Assembly: GCA_964016885.1 (NCBI GenBank)
Contig: OZ024741.1
Coordinates: 358,236,001-358,300,000, forward strand
Origin: Eledone cirrhosa
Lineage: Eukaryota
DNA length: 64,000 nt
Direction: 5' to 3'
Positions 1 through 13,675 of the stretch are shown here, one piece after another; within the stretch, counting starts at the first letter, position 1, and every line of letters starts with the position of its first letter. The notes below the pieces were generated by a model, which did not search any database, had not been told where the DNA came from, and worked only from the letters and a program-made list of their open reading frames with translations. The translations under genes were made by a program, and so were the position numbers.

Positions 1-213
1 CAAGGGAAAGGCAATGAACAATACAGCTTGGTACCAGTGACGTCGCAACTCATTTCTACAGCTGAGTAAACTGGAGCAACGTGAAATGAAGTGTCTTGCT
101 CAAGGACACAAGGCATCACCCGGTCCGAGAATCGAACTCAACCTCTCAATTGCAAGCCCAATGATTTAGTCACTAAGCCCAATGCTCTAACCACTAAGCC
201 ATGCGCCTTCACG
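1..213 (-). mobile_element. tRNA-derived CORE-type SINE, runs off the window start
   Basis: Minus strand has an A-box-like TGGCTTAGTGG and a B-box GTTCGATTC, followed by CORE-like TGTGTCCTTGAGCAAGACACTT...CTGTAGAAATG. Confidence 0.8.
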
Positions 214-412
<199 letters not shown>

Positions 413-414
413 AA

Positions 415-2066
415 TATGAGAGTATTGAAGTTTGCTTGAAGCATTGTGGAATAATAGGTAAATATCTTTAAGTCGTTTGGAAGCCTCGACAATGCAAATG
501 GGTAAATCTCCGGGTAACAAGATCCGGTGGTGGAGAGAGAGATGTAAGTGGGTGTACGTTGAGATGCGTGGCGTGTATAAGACGTATAGAGTAATGAAGG
601 AAAGAGTATAAAGGATAAAATAAAAATAACAGCACGAGAGAGAGTTACCTTGGGAGAGATTTAATTGTCCCTATATATTTCGGATTCACATCCATCAACT
701 GGGTTTTTTTCCGGGGTGGGGGAAAGGTTGTCTGTTGGAAAGGTGTGAATCGCGTCCTCCGCTGTTTGTTGTTTTGAATATCTGAGGTATTCAGCAGAGC
801 GCGCGTGCGCGTGAAATGGGGTCGGTCGGGCAGAGGTCAGCGGCCGAAATAGTTCTTTCAATTGTGGGAGTGGGGTGGCGCTAGCTGTCAGTCCATTCTC
901 TGCCTGTTTGTTAAATGTTACTGTGTGCGTGTGTTGTTGTCTCGCTTGAGTGTGTGTATGTGCGTGTGTTGTTGCCTTGTTCCTCTGTATTGGCAGTGTA
1001 GTATGTTCGTATGGTGGAATGCTACTGTGTGTGTGTGTGTGTGTGTGTGCGTGTGCGTGTGTAGTTGTCTCGCTTGTGTGTGCGTGTGTTGCTGCATCGT
1101 TTGTTAACTTAAACCAACCACCTCATTTCGCTTCTCTCGGATCGATTGTTTATTTGCGGTTCCAGGCGTTTGATAAAAAGTGCTTCCTTGATACGTAACG
1201 TGCCGACGTTTCTTTCAGTCGCTAGAATTGGGACAATGGGTCTTCCGTCTTTGTTTCCGCATTTGTCTATGTTTCCGGAAAGACGAGGCCCTGGTTTTAG
1301 TGTGTTCCTTGATCCGGATGTGCAAAGGTCGGATTGTACTACCTATATAGTATTGGTTGCACCTGTCACATTCTATCTTATACACGACGTATGTGCGTAG
1401 GCAACAGTTCGCATGGCGTATCGGGCAGTCTCTGAGGGAGCACGCGTCAGTTGATTTCCCGGGTTTCCTGGAGAGGCATCTTCGCAGGGAGGGGCCCGAG
1501 TGGGCCAGGTGGATGTCGAGGCCCTCCCTCCGTATAGCCTTGCGGATAGCGTTGGTGGTATTCTCGCCCAGGTGTGGTATTTTAAGGAAGCACTTGCCTT
1601 GGGTGCCTCTCTGTCTCTTGTGTCTGGTGTCTCCTACTCTGTCTGTGAGCGAGGTAGGGTACCCGTTCGTCTCCAACACCTCGAGGAATCGCTTGGTATG
1701 AGTGACACCACTCGCGGGATCGCTGCATCTGTTTTTGATTCGCGCGATCTCGTTCGTGATGTATCCTCTTTTGGCACTGTTAGAGAGGGCGGACTTGTAG
1801 TGAACGAACAGGTCCCTGCAGGTTGCCTTTCGGTAGAAGTTGCAGTGGATCCTTCCCTGTTCCGTGATGTTGATTCGGAAGTCGAGGAGGGCAAGTGACC
1901 CGTCTTCGTTGGGGTGTTCAACACTGAAGTCAATGTTCTCGTCCGTGTTGTTGAACGTCTCATAGATTCTGTTCGCCGTGTCTTGGGAAGATGTGAGGAT
2001 GAGGATATCGTCCACGTACCTTGAGAAAAAGGCGACGGCGTTGGGGTGGCAGACGTTGAGAGAATA
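415..2066 (-). mobile_element. 5'-truncated Penelope/Poseidon-like retroelement
   Basis: RT C-terminal half plus GIY-YIG coding region (1109-2066), followed by a CA-rich 3' region ending at a microsatellite. Confidence 0.88.
1109..2066 (-). pseudogene. PLE reverse transcriptase (YVDD, thumb) plus GIY-YIG endonuclease, frameshifted near 1268
   Basis: Motifs RYVDDILIL, LALLDFRI, FYRKAT and VVYKIECDRCNQYYIGSTIRPLHIRIKEH; a shifted frame continues LRIKEALFIKRLEPQINNR. Confidence 0.9.
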
Positions 2067-2434
2067 TTAGTGTACGACTTCTTTTATACCATAAACGTGG
2101 TTCTGTCTTTGCGTGTAATTGTTTTTGACCGCTCCAAATAATGACGTATTATATTCGTTTTTTCCCGTTCTTTGCCAGGGAACGTTTCCACGAACGAAAG
2201 TATCGTCTTCCTGTCTTCCTCCGGTTGCAACGTTTTTCGAAATATTCACTTCTGCGTTTACAGATTGACTTTGTCAGTTTCAGAAGATCCCGTTAAGGGT
2301 GAAAGCAGCGATTCTTTGCTTAAACTTTAATCTGTTATTTTAATAAATACTTGCACTACAGTTCTTATATATTTGATATATATTTATCCTTATCGAGCCC
2401 TCTTTGGATTTTAGTCTTCAAATTTATTTATTAT

Positions 2435-2436
<2 letters not shown>
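2067..2436 (+). mobile_element. PLE-type pseudo-LTR family with a U4A hammerhead; other copies at 8390-8510 (+), 8770-8835 (-), 50390-50655 (-), 58805-59160 (-)
   Basis: Near-identical sequence at several loci, bordered by (TA)n, containing a hammerhead fold. Confidence 0.7.
2276..2326 (+). ncRNA. Type I hammerhead-like ribozyme, U4A variant
   Basis: Helix I AGTTT/AAACT, core CAGAAGA, helix II (T)CCC-GTTAA-GGG(T), GAAA, helix III AGCAG/TTGCT, CUU site. Identical copy at 8440-8490. Confidence 0.6.
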
Positions 2437-2497
<61 letters not shown>

Positions 2498-3182
2498 TAT
2501 GTACACGTACATACATATATGTATACAGACGCACAGTAGTATGTATATATATATACATACATGCACACATATATATATGTACGTATGGATTCACCGAACA
2601 TTTATTATAATGCTCGGTGTGTTTGTAAACAAACATCCCGTATTAAGCCGTAGTGTCCAGCAACCATCGTTGCTCGTTTGTTCAACACTGATAAAGGAAC
2701 GCTGTACTAGTTTCAAGCTTATTAGCTATCGTCAGCAACGTATACCTTCCTGCCAGAATGTTGAACGTATATACTTACCTTATGCATATTAACGGCTGAG
2801 TAGCCCAATTTGCATATCGAGTGGGTTAATTGGCCGGGTGCACCGAAAACGATAAACGGAAAAAATGAAACGAAATTTCATTTCATATTGAGTGCTAATT
2901 TTGGCATACCGCCTATGGAAGCCCCATATCTACCATTATACACACGTTTATATATATGTATATATATATATATATACGTGTGTATAATGGTAGCTATGGC
3001 GCTTCCATAGACGGTATGCCAAAATTAGCACTCAATATTCACACAGAGCAGAGTGTGAATGGTATAAAAAAAGGAAAAATCAGTTATGCATCTGGACTCA
3101 GTTTATTGCGTATCACAACCCTGAGAATCCTGAGAGGGCCATAACAGATCAAGGCCCAGACATCAGATGCGAAAGAACTGAC

Positions 3183-3308
<126 letters not shown>

Positions 3309-3360
3309 CGTGAAGGCGCATGGCTTAGTGGTTAGAGCATTGGGCTTGCAATTGAGAGGT

Positions 3361-3413
<53 letters not shown>

Positions 3414-4039
3414 GGGGTAACAGATTATTGTTATAGGTAGTCCACTTAGGTGTAGTCCAGTTATGGTACTTCGAGTAGTGGATGATACCAACGCTTGGCT
3501 AAGTTTGACTCAACAAGGCGTTTCCACAGTGATGTTGCGAGTACGCGGTAATTTCTATGTTGTAAACACTTGGAGTAATGATAAATCAGGAAAGAAGAGT
3601 GACACGGTTTGCTATACAAAAAAGGTTTTTAATCTCATTGCTGACAATTGTTTCTCTGAACTGGTATGTCTAGAGATCGCTACCCGCTTGTTTTCACGTC
3701 ATTCGATCACCAATACATAGTTATAACCAGTCAATTCATCGGAGCTTGTGAGAATGAAAGGAATACACAGGCATGGCTACTATATATAGTAGTAATATAG
3801 TAGTAATGGCATTCAATCAGAACAATAACAACAATACTAACAATGCTAGCAATACATTATTTGAAATAATCACAACATCAATCTAGGTGAGAAATATAGT
3901 ATATCTACGATTTTAGCGTGTAAAACTAGCTGACATGAGGCAGATGTAAAAGCTGTCATGGGGTGTATTATATATAGTGTAAAGATAAGCCGGTGGCTTT
4001 AAACAATGTAGGTCTGGTGGCCGTAAGAATCATTTATTA

Positions 4040-5500
4040 TCTGACAGATGAAAAATTTATCACTGTAGTGAGGATAGTAATATTTGTGGTGTTAGGTTCA
4101 ATATTTGTGCACTTAGTTTTGTTCACAGATCTTGGTGGGGCGTGTTTTGCACATATATTGTAACAGTGTCTACAAATATCTGCCAAGATGTTTTGATGTT
4201 GGTGGAGATGTGTGAATGTGTGAAAGACCAATCAACATATGATAGATCGTTAGTGATTGCATTCCAATTGGCATTATGAAGATCCATGTTATCAAATGGG
4301 TGGGCTGGAGCGTGTTCATTGGGTTTAGCTTTCGGCTGGTGGAATCTCAGGTTACAGAGAATCATGTCGTGGTCTGAGAGTATGTTTTTTGCCACTGTAA
4401 TATAATGTATAGTGATAGTGTGGTTATTAAACACTAGGTCAAAAAGGTTTTTCCGATATCTTGGTGCAAGGACGAGTTGGGATAGGACAAACTCATCCAT
4501 AAAGTCGAGAAATGATTCTACTGCTGCTTTGTCAGCAGTTGAGGTGGAAGCACCTGGTTTTAAACTGTTTGTAGAACAATCAACACAGAGGAGATTAAAG
4601 TTTCCCATCATAAGTATGTTACAAGAATGGTATAAAACACTTAATGCAGGAAAATGGCAGTTCCACCCTTCCTTCTGTCGACACGATCCGCGCTGATGGT
4701 TGTGAATTTCCTCACTTTCACTTCGGCTTCCAAGTGGGAGTTGTCGAGATGGGTCTCAGTAAGGATGAAGAAAGGAATATAGTGTGGATGGTTGTCAACC
4801 CAATACTCAATGAATTGGACCTTCCATTTTGGTGTATTGATGGAAGGGCTGACTCATTGTGCGTTGAGTTATTTCAGTAGAATATTGTGACCAACCTTGT
4901 CAAAGGCCTTGTTGAAATGAAGGTAGATGACATCAGTGTTGGAGCCCTCACCCAATGCTTTTAAAATGTCATCAAAATGATGTAAGAGCTGCGCTAGGCA
5001 CTCCCTTCCATTACTAAACCCATACTGGTTGGAGTTCAGCAGATTGTTGTTTTCAAGAAAGTGAGTTATTCGCGATCTCGCGACCCTCTCAAATACCTTA
5101 AATATGTGAAGGCTAGAGTAGTGGCTGGTTTTGACTGTTGCAGGGGCTTGTATTGTGTTTGCGTGTTAGTGACAACAATGTGGGGAGTTAGTGTAGTGGG
5201 GAAATAGCATAGGATGGTGTTGTGTGATAGTTAGAAGGTTTTTTGTATCTCTTTTGCCAGGTTCATCATGGCTAAAGTTTTCTTGTTTAGGGAGCAATTT
5301 TTGACTAAAGATGTGGTTGCACTGTAGTTTCCACTTTTGGTTGCATATTTGATTTTTGTTGTTGTTGTACCTTCGTGAAACTTCTGGACCAGCATTACTG
5401 CAGTAGGGGGTGTTTTTACTGTGGGTTAGGTGTTGTCTTAGAGCCTCATTTCTGTTAGTGCGTCAAGTCCCTGTAAGATGAGTGAAAGGACACTGGGAAT
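4040..5500 (-). mobile_element. Degenerate, rearranged CR1-like LINE (APE endonuclease plus an RT fragment)
   Basis: APE motifs LTETHL, KGGTAIF, GNFN, NLFDLVF, SDH (about 4123-4870). RT motifs KVFER...NQYGFSNGRECLAQLL...YLHFNKAFDKVGHNIL (about 4878-5110). Confidence 0.8.
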
Positions 5501-6029
5501 ACCGGCAGATTTTAGGATTCAGAGCTACGCGTGTAATACACACACACACACACACATATATATATGGAATGTAACGTGCAGTTACTGTAGGTTCATCCGA
5601 GTGAGCACTGGTTGCGTAGTTTCCAGTCTGTAAAGAGGTGTAGAACTAAACAGAGTGTAATTATTATGTCATTATCATAGCAGAGGTCCGACCTCACATT
5701 TTGTATATGCGAGTGTATGTGTCTGAGAGTGTATAAGTGTTTGCACGTCCGTTACGTACGCTAGGCCTTAGTAAGTTACATACACACACATCTTCACTCA
5801 AATATTTAATCAAATACACAAAGAATCAAACACACACACACACATCTACACATGTGATGATGCAATGAATATTGTTTACCCTGAGGTACTTCAAGATTGA
5901 AAGATTTTCATTTCTAGATTCTATCATCATTACAATTTTGATATTTTTAAAAAATAAAATTTTGAAATAATTATGAGGAAAAAATATATCTTCATATTTA
6001 TAGTATTTATTGTTTACTAATCTGAATAA

Positions 6030-6067
6030 GAACAGTAACCCGGACAACGCCGGGTCATTCAGCTAGT
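6030..6067 (+). mobile_element. Helitron-like 3' terminus
   Basis: Hairpin CCCGG-ACAACG-CCGGG shortly upstream of CTAG, followed by T. Confidence 0.6.
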
Positions 6068-6299
6068 ATATATATATATATATATAATAAAGAATTTATA
6101 TCTAGTAACATATATATACATACAAATGCATATCGATGCTAGCAAATATATAGGTTTTGTCTTAATAACATTGTGGTTCAATGCATGGGGTTGCAGAACA
6201 ATAATATAAGAGACGTAAGATAAGAAAATTATAAAATTAACTTACTAAGTTAATTTTATAATTTTCTTATCTTACGTCTCTTATATATATATATATATA

Positions 6300-6780
6300 T
6301 TGGTAAACGGAATAGAAAATGCTGACAAATTGTTCACAGTTGAAAAATGGTTTAATTAGGAATAAAAGAGTATTAGTGATTGTATGGGTTAGTATTCAGT
6401 TGTAGTTTTAAGTTTTTAAGTTTTTACCGGTTGCGCATTTCTAAATGCTTTTCAAAAATAATTTTGAGATAGAGTGTCCGTGCTGTTTGCTCTGATCTGA
6501 TTAGTTTTGGGAATTCTACCTGTTTTTATGTTAAAAAAATGGCTCCAGCGTTATTTTTGTGTTGCAAAAATGCTTGTGGTCAAAACAATTTTGATTGGTC
6601 GGTAGAGGTCATGTGAATGTAAAAAGTTGATTTTGCGCCAAGACTGTTTTTATGTTAAAATGTTAGAAAAGTGGCTCCAGCAAAAATTATTGGTCAAAAC
6701 AATTTTGATTGGTCGGTAGAGGTCATGTGGATAAAAAATTGGTTTTGCGCCAAGATTGAGAAATGACTCTTTCACAACAA

Positions 6781-6862
<82 letters not shown>

Positions 6863-6934
6863 TAGTAGTAGTAGTAAGGTGTTCGATGCTGCGACAATAG
6901 CCACCAGCGATGTGTGTCAAATGGCTATTAAGAT

Positions 6935-6970
<36 letters not shown>

Positions 6971-7941
6971 ACATACACACAGCAGAGTCATTCGAAGGTC
7001 AAAAGATATTTTTCAGCTTTTGTCTTATACGGAGAAGTGCGTGTGTGTGTGTGTGTGTGTATAAGTCTCTTTGTATGTTGATGTACGCGTGTGTATGTGT
7101 TTGTGTATATATATGTGTGTGTGTGTGCGTGTGTGTGCGTGTGTGGGTGCACCAGTATTTTTTCCCCCCCTGGTAAAATGGTGTACATTATTCGATTTTT
7201 TCAGTAAAATCGGTTCTCTTAATAGAACATCAACAATCTTAACAATAAAAGGTGTGAAATGATATTCACTATATATATACACACACACACACACACACAT
7301 ATATATTTTCACTACATATATATATATATATATACATATATACATACATATATATGCACATATATTTTTTTGTATTGCACCATAGAGCATGTGTGTTTAC
7401 GTGTGTCATTGTGTTTATATGTGGGTAGAGATGTGTGCTGATGTAGGTATGTATGTTGACGTGTGTATGTTGTGGGTTCGTCTTAGGGAGAAGTGTTTAG
7501 ACGGGGTCCGTATTTGTTAATGAAGTAAGATTCCTTGCTGATGCGCTGGGTGTGGGTGGCATTATCTTTAAATTTGTAGAGGGGAAAGATTCTGAAGTTG
7601 GGATGATTTTGAAAACATTGTTTTGACCACAAGCATTTTTGCAACACAAAAATAACGCTGGAGCCATTTTTTTAACATAAAAACAGGTAGAATTCCCAAA
7701 ACTAATCAGATCAGAGCAAACAGCACGGACACTCTATCTCAAAATTATTTTTGAAAAGCATTTAGAAATGCGCAACCGGTAAAAACTTAAAAACTTAAAA
7801 CCACAACTGAATACTAACCCATACAATCACTAATACTCTTTTATTCCTAATTAAACCATTTTTCAACTGTGAACAATTTGTCAGCATTTTCTATTCCGTT
7901 TACCAATATATAATAACTTGTGTGTTACACCTCTATTCTTT

Positions 7942-7950
<9 letters not shown>
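6300..7950 (-). mobile_element. PLE copy (Neptune-like family) with a 5'-inverted pseudo-LTR
   Basis: 6300-7610 matches 18208-19545, including the GIY-YIG C-terminus. 7612-7910 is an inverted copy of 6300-6590. Confidence 0.85.
7748..7784 (+). ncRNA. Hammerhead-like motif with U3-A8 and A13C core; copies at 6422-6458 (-), 18331-18367 (-), 19874-19910 (+)
   Basis: TTT-TTGAAAA-GCATT(TAGA)AATGC-GCAA-CCGG-TA-AAA; palindromic helix III ACCGGT. Confidence 0.55.
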
Positions 7951-7986
<36 letters not shown>

Positions 7987-7994
7987 ATATCTAT

Positions 7995-8305
7995 ATCTAT
8001 ATCTAAATATCTAAAACAGAGAATATCTGTCTGTCTGTCTGTCTGTCTGTCTGACTCCCTAAAACTCGAGAACCACCCAACCGATTGTTTTCAAACTTTA
8101 CACATGTAATACTTATGGTCCAGTGAGTGTTTTCAGCAAAAGAAATTTCAAATTTTCAATGCCCTAGATACTGCATTAGGCGATTTAGCGACCTCGCTCT
8201 ATAATTCTTAGTCTTTCTTTTTAGATAGATACATAGATATGACATTGCGCCCTTATAATATCTGTCTGTATGTCTGGCTGTCTGCATTACAGCATTATGA
8301 CGCTA

Positions 8306-8337
<32 letters not shown>

Positions 8338-8342
8338 TATAT

Positions 8343-8389
<47 letters not shown>

Positions 8390-8663
8390 TGTAACGCTTT
8401 TCGAAATATTTACTTCTGCGTTCACAGATTGATTTTTTTAGTTTCAGAAGATCCCGTTAAGGGTGAAAGCAGCGATTCTTTGCTTAAACTTTAATCTGTT
8501 ATTTTAATATATATATATATAGTCAATGGGAACATTGAGGACCGAATAAATTAGATTACCGATATAAAAGACACAGAAGCGAAAAGCGAAAACCAACCAA
8601 ACAGTGAGTGTGTTCTGTTATTAACTCTGGCAATATTACACAAATATGACCCTCCCCAAGTAT

Positions 8664-8716
<53 letters not shown>

Positions 8717-9153
8717 TATATTCGTATACAGATATTTTTGCATACATAATAACAAAATATAAACAAACGTATTTATTTCACGAGACTCGATAAGGATAAA
8801 TATATATCAAATATATAAGAACCCTAGAGCAAATATTGTTCTCATTGCAGATGAGGCAGAAGGGGATATACACGATTGACTGAAGAAAGGACGAGACTGT
8901 GTTAGTAGTACGACCAACGGCTGCTATCACACCAACATCAGCAAAAACAACAACAAAAAAGAGAGGGAATGCAATTACATGCTTTTGAAAAATCTTAATG
9001 GAAAATTATTTGCCTCTTCACCCAAGGCGACTTCACTTTTTATTAGGACTTCTACATCAATTGGTGAACATACGATGAAACTGTTTCAGAAAGGAGGGAT
9101 AAACATGCCAATCTATGTTTAGAATCCCGAGCAACGTCAGGCCATTCTGTTAG
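7995..9153 (+). mobile_element. Non-autonomous Helitron-like element interrupted by other repeats
   Basis: 5' part with a (CTGT)n tract and AACTCGAGAACC...CCGATT; degenerate hairpin plus GTTAG end at about 9126-9153. Confidence 0.4.
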
Positions 9154-9214
9154 TATATATATATATATATTCATATGCATATATTGCATATATTCATACA
9201 TATATATGTATAAC

Positions 9215-9323
<109 letters not shown>

Positions 9324-9469
9324 CACGCCCGAAACACTCTCTCTCTATCGCCCCTCTCTCTCTCTGTTACTATATCCCCACCATTATCCTCCTCTTTTCT
9401 ACTTAGCCCGACCCCACCTTGAATACTGTTGTCTACTGAGGTAGCACCACGCGAAATAAAGTATTATGA

Positions 9470-9952
9470 AAATTGAAGCATCTCAAAGGTCAATCACAAA
9501 AAAAGATAGACGGCATGAAAGGCCGTGAGCGCTACATTATCTTCATGATGGGGAAAATATTCCATTAGCATTGCCCTAAAGATGTGGGCATCATCTTTAC
9601 AGCGCACCTAAGGCTTGGGCCCCGTGCTATCTGCTCACAACCAAAATAAAACACGAATCTCATAGCAACATTAGGGTACAATTATTTCACCGCAATTGGT
9701 TCCGCTTTCTTTAACATTACATCAAAACAATTAAAACAGAAACAGATCCCATAAAATTTAAAAAGTCTTTGGACAAATTCCTCCAAGAAATCCAGGATGA
9801 ACCTCCTATGTCTCCGTAAACAATAACTATCTACTTGAATGGACCATGGTGTCCAAATCCTGGTTTGAAAGACTTCGCCAGGCAATGCTATTAAGTTAGA
9901 CATGGCCTGAGCCAAGACTGACCGAAACCTATCAAAGTTATCAAAATTATAA
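9470..9952 (+). mobile_element. 3' end of a CR1-like LINE; second copy at 45487-45700 (-)
   Basis: ERYIIFMM.KI, RLGPRA and IKTETDPIKFKKSLDKFLQEIQDEP, then an (ATCAAAGTT)n tail. Confidence 0.75.
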
Positions 9953-9957
9953 TTTCC

Positions 9958-10011
<54 letters not shown>

Positions 10012-10225
10012 GGACGGATAAAGCATTTCTGAATGGGGGGAGGGGCTGTGCAAATTTGGACAGTTGTAGTGATTAGTTTAGCTCTTTGCACTCTAAAGTG
10101 GTCAGAAAACTTCGATATGCGATAAACATAACATTTACATAAATTGTAGCGCATATCCAAATAGATGTGAGATGTGCGTTTTGGTAGTTTGAGTAGAAAC
10201 TATATATACACCGCCACTGTACATA

Positions 10226-12315
10226 TGTAGTGAAGTCTGTCCACGCCTTGAACCTTGGGTGACACCTAGAGGTCAAACTCTAGGTCACCACCCTTTTGGT
10301 GTGAACAGGTTCATGCGTGGGCTATCCCCTCAAGGTGGGAGACAGAAAGCGACAGGTATATAAAGCCTATATTTTCCCACCTTAGATACAGAGAGATCGG
10401 AGCACCACGATACAGACCAGCTATGTGAAAGATTCACCGCTACCTCCAGGCCCCAGAGGTCTACAGACATACAGAGCGATCGGAGCAGTACGCTATTACA
10501 AGGTATGTAAAGATCATCGCTATCTACAGGCCAGAGTGGTCTACAGTCAATTACAGACCATTACTCTCTCTCTCTCCTGGTCGCAGACTAAACCAGCCTC
10601 ATGAACCAACAACAAAAATAACATTGTCAACCTTTGCAACTCGTGGTAATATGTTTATTGTTCTTTTTGACTCAAGTGAAGTAAACCTTTATATATAAAG
10701 TAAATCATTTATTCTTGTTATTTCATCTAATAACCGTGTTAATCCATTTAACGATTTCTTAAAAAATAACCCTTTGTTAAATTGGTGAACCCGACGTGAT
10801 TTAAAAAAACAAAAAAAAAACAAGAACGAAGTGGTATTTAAAAAAAATAGAAAACAACACGCAACCTTTTTTCTACGATATGATAAAACTTCACTTTTTC
10901 AAATTATTCACCACAAACTTCCATTCTACGGAATATTTACTTTGATTTTTACTACGGAATATTTACTTTGATTTTTCGATTCATTATCAAACATTTCACC
11001 ACGTGCTTCGTAATCTCAACAACAACAGACAATACTACTAGCTTCCTAGCGAGAAAACGATCACATAAAGAAGAGAAAACTGAACTTTTTGTAAAGAACA
11101 ATTATATAAATATATATTTTTTTTACAGGTTATATATGAACGTTCATTTTATCTTTTTATTTGTTTCACTATATTATATGCCTGTATCAACATAAACGTT
11201 TTGCATCAAACACACATCATTTTCTTTGTCACCAACATGTTTTTGTCTATGATATATTCTGGATTCGGTTGGGTCTCAGCGAGATCACTTTTCACCTGGT
11301 CGAGGTACGGCAACAGCTATTAAACACATGATACGGTTACTACTCACTTGGACTCACTCAAGCACGCAACTCAAACTTGCACTCACTCATGTCAGCGTAA
11401 ACCTCGACTCTTTGGAAGAGAATCTTACGTATGATGATACATCGAGAGAAATAGTCATCTGTGTTATCATATCGTAATCCGATACCGTAACACCAACGTT
11501 CAGCCATCCATACACAACAGTTCGAAATACATGATCACAACTTTGTATATTTACAGTTTCTTCTAAATATTACACACACACACACACACATGCATACACA
11601 GTTATACGATTTTTTTTCTCTCTCTCCAAATTTCTCTACACTCGAAGTGCGGACGCAGTACCCACATTTTGTGTGTTTTGGGACACACTTCTAGAATCAG
11701 ATTTCGCTACCCTTTTTATAATAGATCGCTGCTCCTGCATCGATCTGGGTAGGGAACTAATGTAGCGAAGTCTGTCCACGCCTTGAACCTTGGGTGATAC
11801 CTAGAGGTCAAACTCTAGGTCACCACCCTTTTGGTATGAACAGGTTCATGCGTGGGCTATCCCCTCAAGGTGGGAGACAGAAAGCGACAGGTATATAAAA
11901 CCTATATTTTCCCACCTTAGATACAGAGAGATCGGAGCACCACTATACAGACAAGCTATGTGAAAGATTCACCGCTACCTTCAGGCCCCAGAGGTCTACA
12001 GACATACAGAGCGATCGGAGCAGTACGCTATTACAAGGTATGTAAAGATCATCGCTATCTACAGGCCAGAGTGGTCTACAGTCAATTACAGACCATTACT
12101 CTCTCTCTCTCCTGGTCGCAGACTAAACCAGCCTCATGAACCAACAACAAAAATAACATTGTCAACCTTTGCAACTCGTGGTAATATGTTTATTGTTCTT
12201 TTTGGACTCAAGCGAAGTAAACCTTTATATATAAAGTAAATAATTTATTCTTGTTATTTCATCTAATAACCGTGTTAATCCATCTATCAATAACTTACCA
12301 ATACCCTTCGTTAAA
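10226..12315 (+). mobile_element. Non-autonomous LTR retrotransposon (Gypsy, tRNA-Trp primed)
   Basis: Direct repeats 10226-10781 and 11761-12315. PBS TGGTGAACCCGACGTGAT at 10783-10800. Purine-rich GGGTAGGGAA just before the 3' LTR. About 1 kb non-coding interior. Confidence 0.92.
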
Positions 12316-12513
12316 TATATATGTAATTAAAAAAAATTATGTTCTGTGCCCTTTCATAGAGGGTTAATATATCTTCGCATTTGGTAAGAAACTGGTTTTA
12401 TATCCAATTTATTAATCTCCTGCACCCCCCCTCACACACACACACATATATATATATATAGTGAAATAAGATAACAAGGACGATTGGTTACTCCTTCATT
12501 ACGTTTATTGGTT

Positions 12514-12598
12514 GGTGACGCGCGTTTCGCCACTGATCAGCTCAAGGTTCGATCTGTATCGCTCTGACCCGACTCTGTAATCCGCGGCTCGTCAGACC
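12514..12598 (-). ncRNA. Type I hammerhead ribozyme with extended helix II
   Basis: GGT-CTGACGA-GCCGCGGATTA...TGATCAGTGGC-GAAA-CGCGCG-TC-ACC; palindromic helix III; GUC site. Confidence 0.8.
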
Positions 12599-13537
12599 CC
12601 TTGTAACATTACATATGTTGTTGTATTTATAGCTTAGACACAAGCTAGCTGTAAAAATACATGATTTAATTTGACCTTTGAAAAAACAAAAATGAAACGG
12701 TAGAGTTTTGAAGGAGCTGTTATTTCTAACATGCTTATCAACTATGTCGAGGTTCTTCCGTCAGTTCGCATTACACATATATAGACTATTGTGATGCAGT
12801 AGGGGTTTTATATATATGTATCTATTGCTGTATTTATGTATTTAACACTGAAGACTAATGAGTCAATGAAGGGTCCTCTGTGAGATCAATTTTTCTGTTC
12901 GAAATCACAACATATTGTATTGAAAAGAGAAAGATGCATTGTATAATGTGATACTAGATACACATTTGATAAAAGAAAACGTGACAAAATCTTGAGGCAG
13001 GCATGTCGCTTAAGGGTTGAGGGATGGTGGAGAGGGCTTTATTAAAGAATACTGCTCACCCTCTCTCAATTTTTCAATGCATACTCAGATTTAGAAAACA
13101 ATTACGGTGATATGCTTATTTTGAAACTATGCCTTAGATTTATTGTGAATGAGAGTGGTCACCCAAGAATGTTCTCAAGCACTACCAAGGATCAAAGCTT
13201 GGATGGAGTGTCTGTTGAACCAGGGCGATTAACCTGGATCTAAGTAATAGCAGCACAAATAAATTGCTTATCAGCATATTTTTGTTGTTTAGACCAAAAT
13301 GAAAATGATGGCAGATTTAAGATGTGAAGAAAAAATACAATCTACATTTCAAACCAATTTAATTATTTAATTTAATGATAACAATTGAAGGAAAAAAAAA
13401 ACAGACACGAAATTTTTCGTTGATAATTACATTTTTCACTTGTAATCGGCCACAAACAACTGTGTGTATAATTAGACTGGTAAAGTGGTAATCAAGGAAA
13501 TTGGGATTTAAATTAGAGGATACACATACATAGATGC

Positions 13538-13587
<50 letters not shown>

Positions 13588-13616
13588 GTACATATATACA
13601 TATATATATATAAATG

Positions 13617-13675
<59 letters not shown>

